This document shows positions 62,669 to 64,000 of a stretch of DNA of 64,000 bases, piece after piece (the stretch's first letter is position 1; the number at the start of each line of letters is the position of its first letter). A program made the position numbers and the translations under genes. Source of the stretch: Candidatus Scatovivens sp. (GTDB taxonomy: Bacteria > Bacillota > Clostridia > TANB77 > CAG-508); assembly GCA_045646345.1 (NCBI GenBank), contig JAZRKN010000007.1, forward strand, positions 1-64,000, in the 5' to 3' direction. Under the pieces are notes generated by a model. It had not been told where the DNA came from, searched no databases, and was given only the letters and a program-made list of their open reading frames with translations.

Positions 62669-63442
62669 GTGATACTAAAAGATAAAAAAATATTAATAAT
62701 GGGAATTAGGAATAAATGGAGTATTGCTTATGGAATTGCAAAATCTGCTTATGAACATGGAGCAAAATTAATGTTCACATTTATGGGCGAAGAAAATAAA
62801 AGTAAAATAGAAGAACTTACAAAAGAATTTGAGGGAAGCAAACTTTATACATTAGATGGTGCTTCTGAAGATGATTTAGTAAAAGAAGTTTTTACAAAAA
62901 TTAAAGAAGAAAACGGAAAAATTGATGGAATAGTTCATGCTATAGCTCATGCTAACACTGAAGATTTACACAATGATTTTATTTATACAGGAAAAGATGG
63001 ATTTTCTCATGCAAGTGAAGTGAGTGCATATTCGTTTGTATTAGCAGCAAGAATGGCAAAGGAATTAGATTTGCTAAATGACAATGCAAGTTTAGTAACA
63101 TTAACTTATTATGGTTCAACTAAAGTTATATCTGGTTATAATGTAATGGGAGTTGCTAAAGCTGCATTAGAAACAAGTGTTAGATATTTGGCTGAAAATT
63201 TAGGTAGAGAAGGAATTAGAGTTAATGCAATTTCAGCAGGGCCAATTAAAACATTATCTGCTAAGGGAATTAAAGATTTTTCAGAATCTTTATCAATAGT
63301 TGAAGAAAAATCACCATTACATAGAAATGTAACAACAACACAAGTTGGAAATGTTGCGACATTTTTATTAAGTGGAATGTCTGATGCAATAACAGGTCAG
63401 ATAATTTATGCAGATAGTGGTTTTAATATTATAGGAATGTAA
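62669..63442 (+). CDS. fabI: Enoyl-ACP reductase
   Basis: N..SIAYGIA, YNVMGVAKAALE, ISAGPIKTL. Confidence 0.93.
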   Translation: MILKDKKILIMGIRNKWSIAYGIAKSAYEHGAKLMFTFMGEENKSKIEELTKEFEGSKLYTLDGASEDDLVKEVFTKIKEENGKIDGIVHAIAHANTEDLHNDFIYTGKDGFSHASEVSAYSFVLAARMAKELDLLNDNASLVTLTYYGSTKVISGYNVMGVAKAALETSVRYLAENLGREGIRVNAISAGPIKTLSAKGIKDFSESLSIVEEKSPLHRNVTTTQVGNVATFLLSGMSDAITGQIIYADSGFNIIGM

Positions 63443-63559
63443 TATAATAAAAAATAAACTTATACTGAGAGGTCAGTATGATAGATTTTTAATGAAATTA
63501 TTGATATAAATAATATGTAGATACAATAAATCTATAAAAAACAATTAGGAGGAATTAAG

Positions 63560-63799
63560 ATGCAAGAAGTAGAAATATTAGAAAGATTAACAAAAATTAT
63601 AGTAGAACAATTAGGAGTTGAAGAAGAAATAGTAAAACCAGAAGCAACATTTGTTGAAGACTTATCAGCAGACTCATTAGATATAGTTGAATTAGTTATG
63701 GGAATTGAAGATGAGTTTGAAATTGAAATACCAGATCAAGCAGCAGAAAATATAGTAACAGTTCAAGATGTTATTGATTATATAAAAAACAATAAATAA
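63560..63799 (+). CDS. acpP: Acyl carrier protein
   Basis: [20 protein letters not shown]. Confidence 0.97.
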   Translation: MQEVEILERLTKIIVEQLGVEEEIVKPEATFVEDLSADSLDIVELVMGIEDEFEIEIPDQAAENIVTVQDVIDYIKNNK

Positions 63800-63825
63800 T
63801 ATATTGTAAAAAAAGAACACCCCAA

Positions 63826-63862
63826 AAAGGAACTTGGATATTAAAAATCTAAGTTCTTTTTT
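63826..63862 (+). terminator. Intrinsic terminator after acpP
   Basis: GGAACTTGGAT / ATCTAAGTTCT hairpin plus T run. Confidence 0.7.
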
Positions 63863-64000
63863 ATTGAATAAAAAAATAGAATAAATCATATAAATTAAAA
63901 ATGAACCCCAAACCTAGTAACAAAAACCAGATGCGGTAATAGAGGAAATAAAAAAATATAGTTTCGACCACTCAGTCTAATATTTACAAAAAACTTATTG

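Noticed and set aside
345-63889. Many 60-130 aa minus-strand ORFs inside long + strand genes
   Set aside because: Leu/Phe/Ile-rich shadows of AT-rich coding sequence
63815-63920. GAACACCCCAAAA and TGAACCCCAAA resembling IS3-type terminal repeats
   Set aside because: Too short, no transposase within the window; cannot be evaluated at the edge
1-64000. CRISPR array or cas genes
   Set aside because: No regularly spaced direct repeats and no Cas motifs seen

Overview
AT-rich chromosomal segment of a low-GC Firmicute, probably a Clostridia-type anaerobe (inferred from T-box/S-box regulation, class C sortase, dockerin, desulfoferrodoxin). Standard genetic code; nearly all genes are on the + strand. 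Housekeeping content: 3' end of polA, SAM-I riboswitch-metK, tRNA-Thr(CGT), T-box-thrS, helD, deoB, tRNA-Leu(CAA), type II pantothenate kinase, a redox cluster (desulfoferrodoxin, ferredoxin-thioredoxin reductase catalytic subunit, thioredoxin) and a fatty-acid synthesis cluster (acyl-activating enzyme, birA, fabD-G-F, accB, fabZ, accC-D-A, fabI, acpP; no fabH in the window). Envelope genes: glucosaminidases, MBOAT/DHHW O-acylation operon, pilin plus sortase C, SdpR/SdpI pair. No CRISPR, integrase, transposase or prophage was recognised. Top candidate for a new system: a 1445-aa protein downstream of tRNA-Leu that carries an intact class I Pol-beta nucleotidyltransferase domain (OAS/cGAS/CD-NTase/archaeal CCA-like) preceded by a possible ADP-ribosyltransferase-like domain, translationally coupled to a 152-aa partner. 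Other leads: a recurrent palindromic operator across the fatty-acid cluster, a DNA methyltransferase with DILY in place of DPPY, several single-gene foreign-looking islets, an unannotated 46-aa membrane ORF and a structured helD leader. All calls are by motif recognition; no searches were run.
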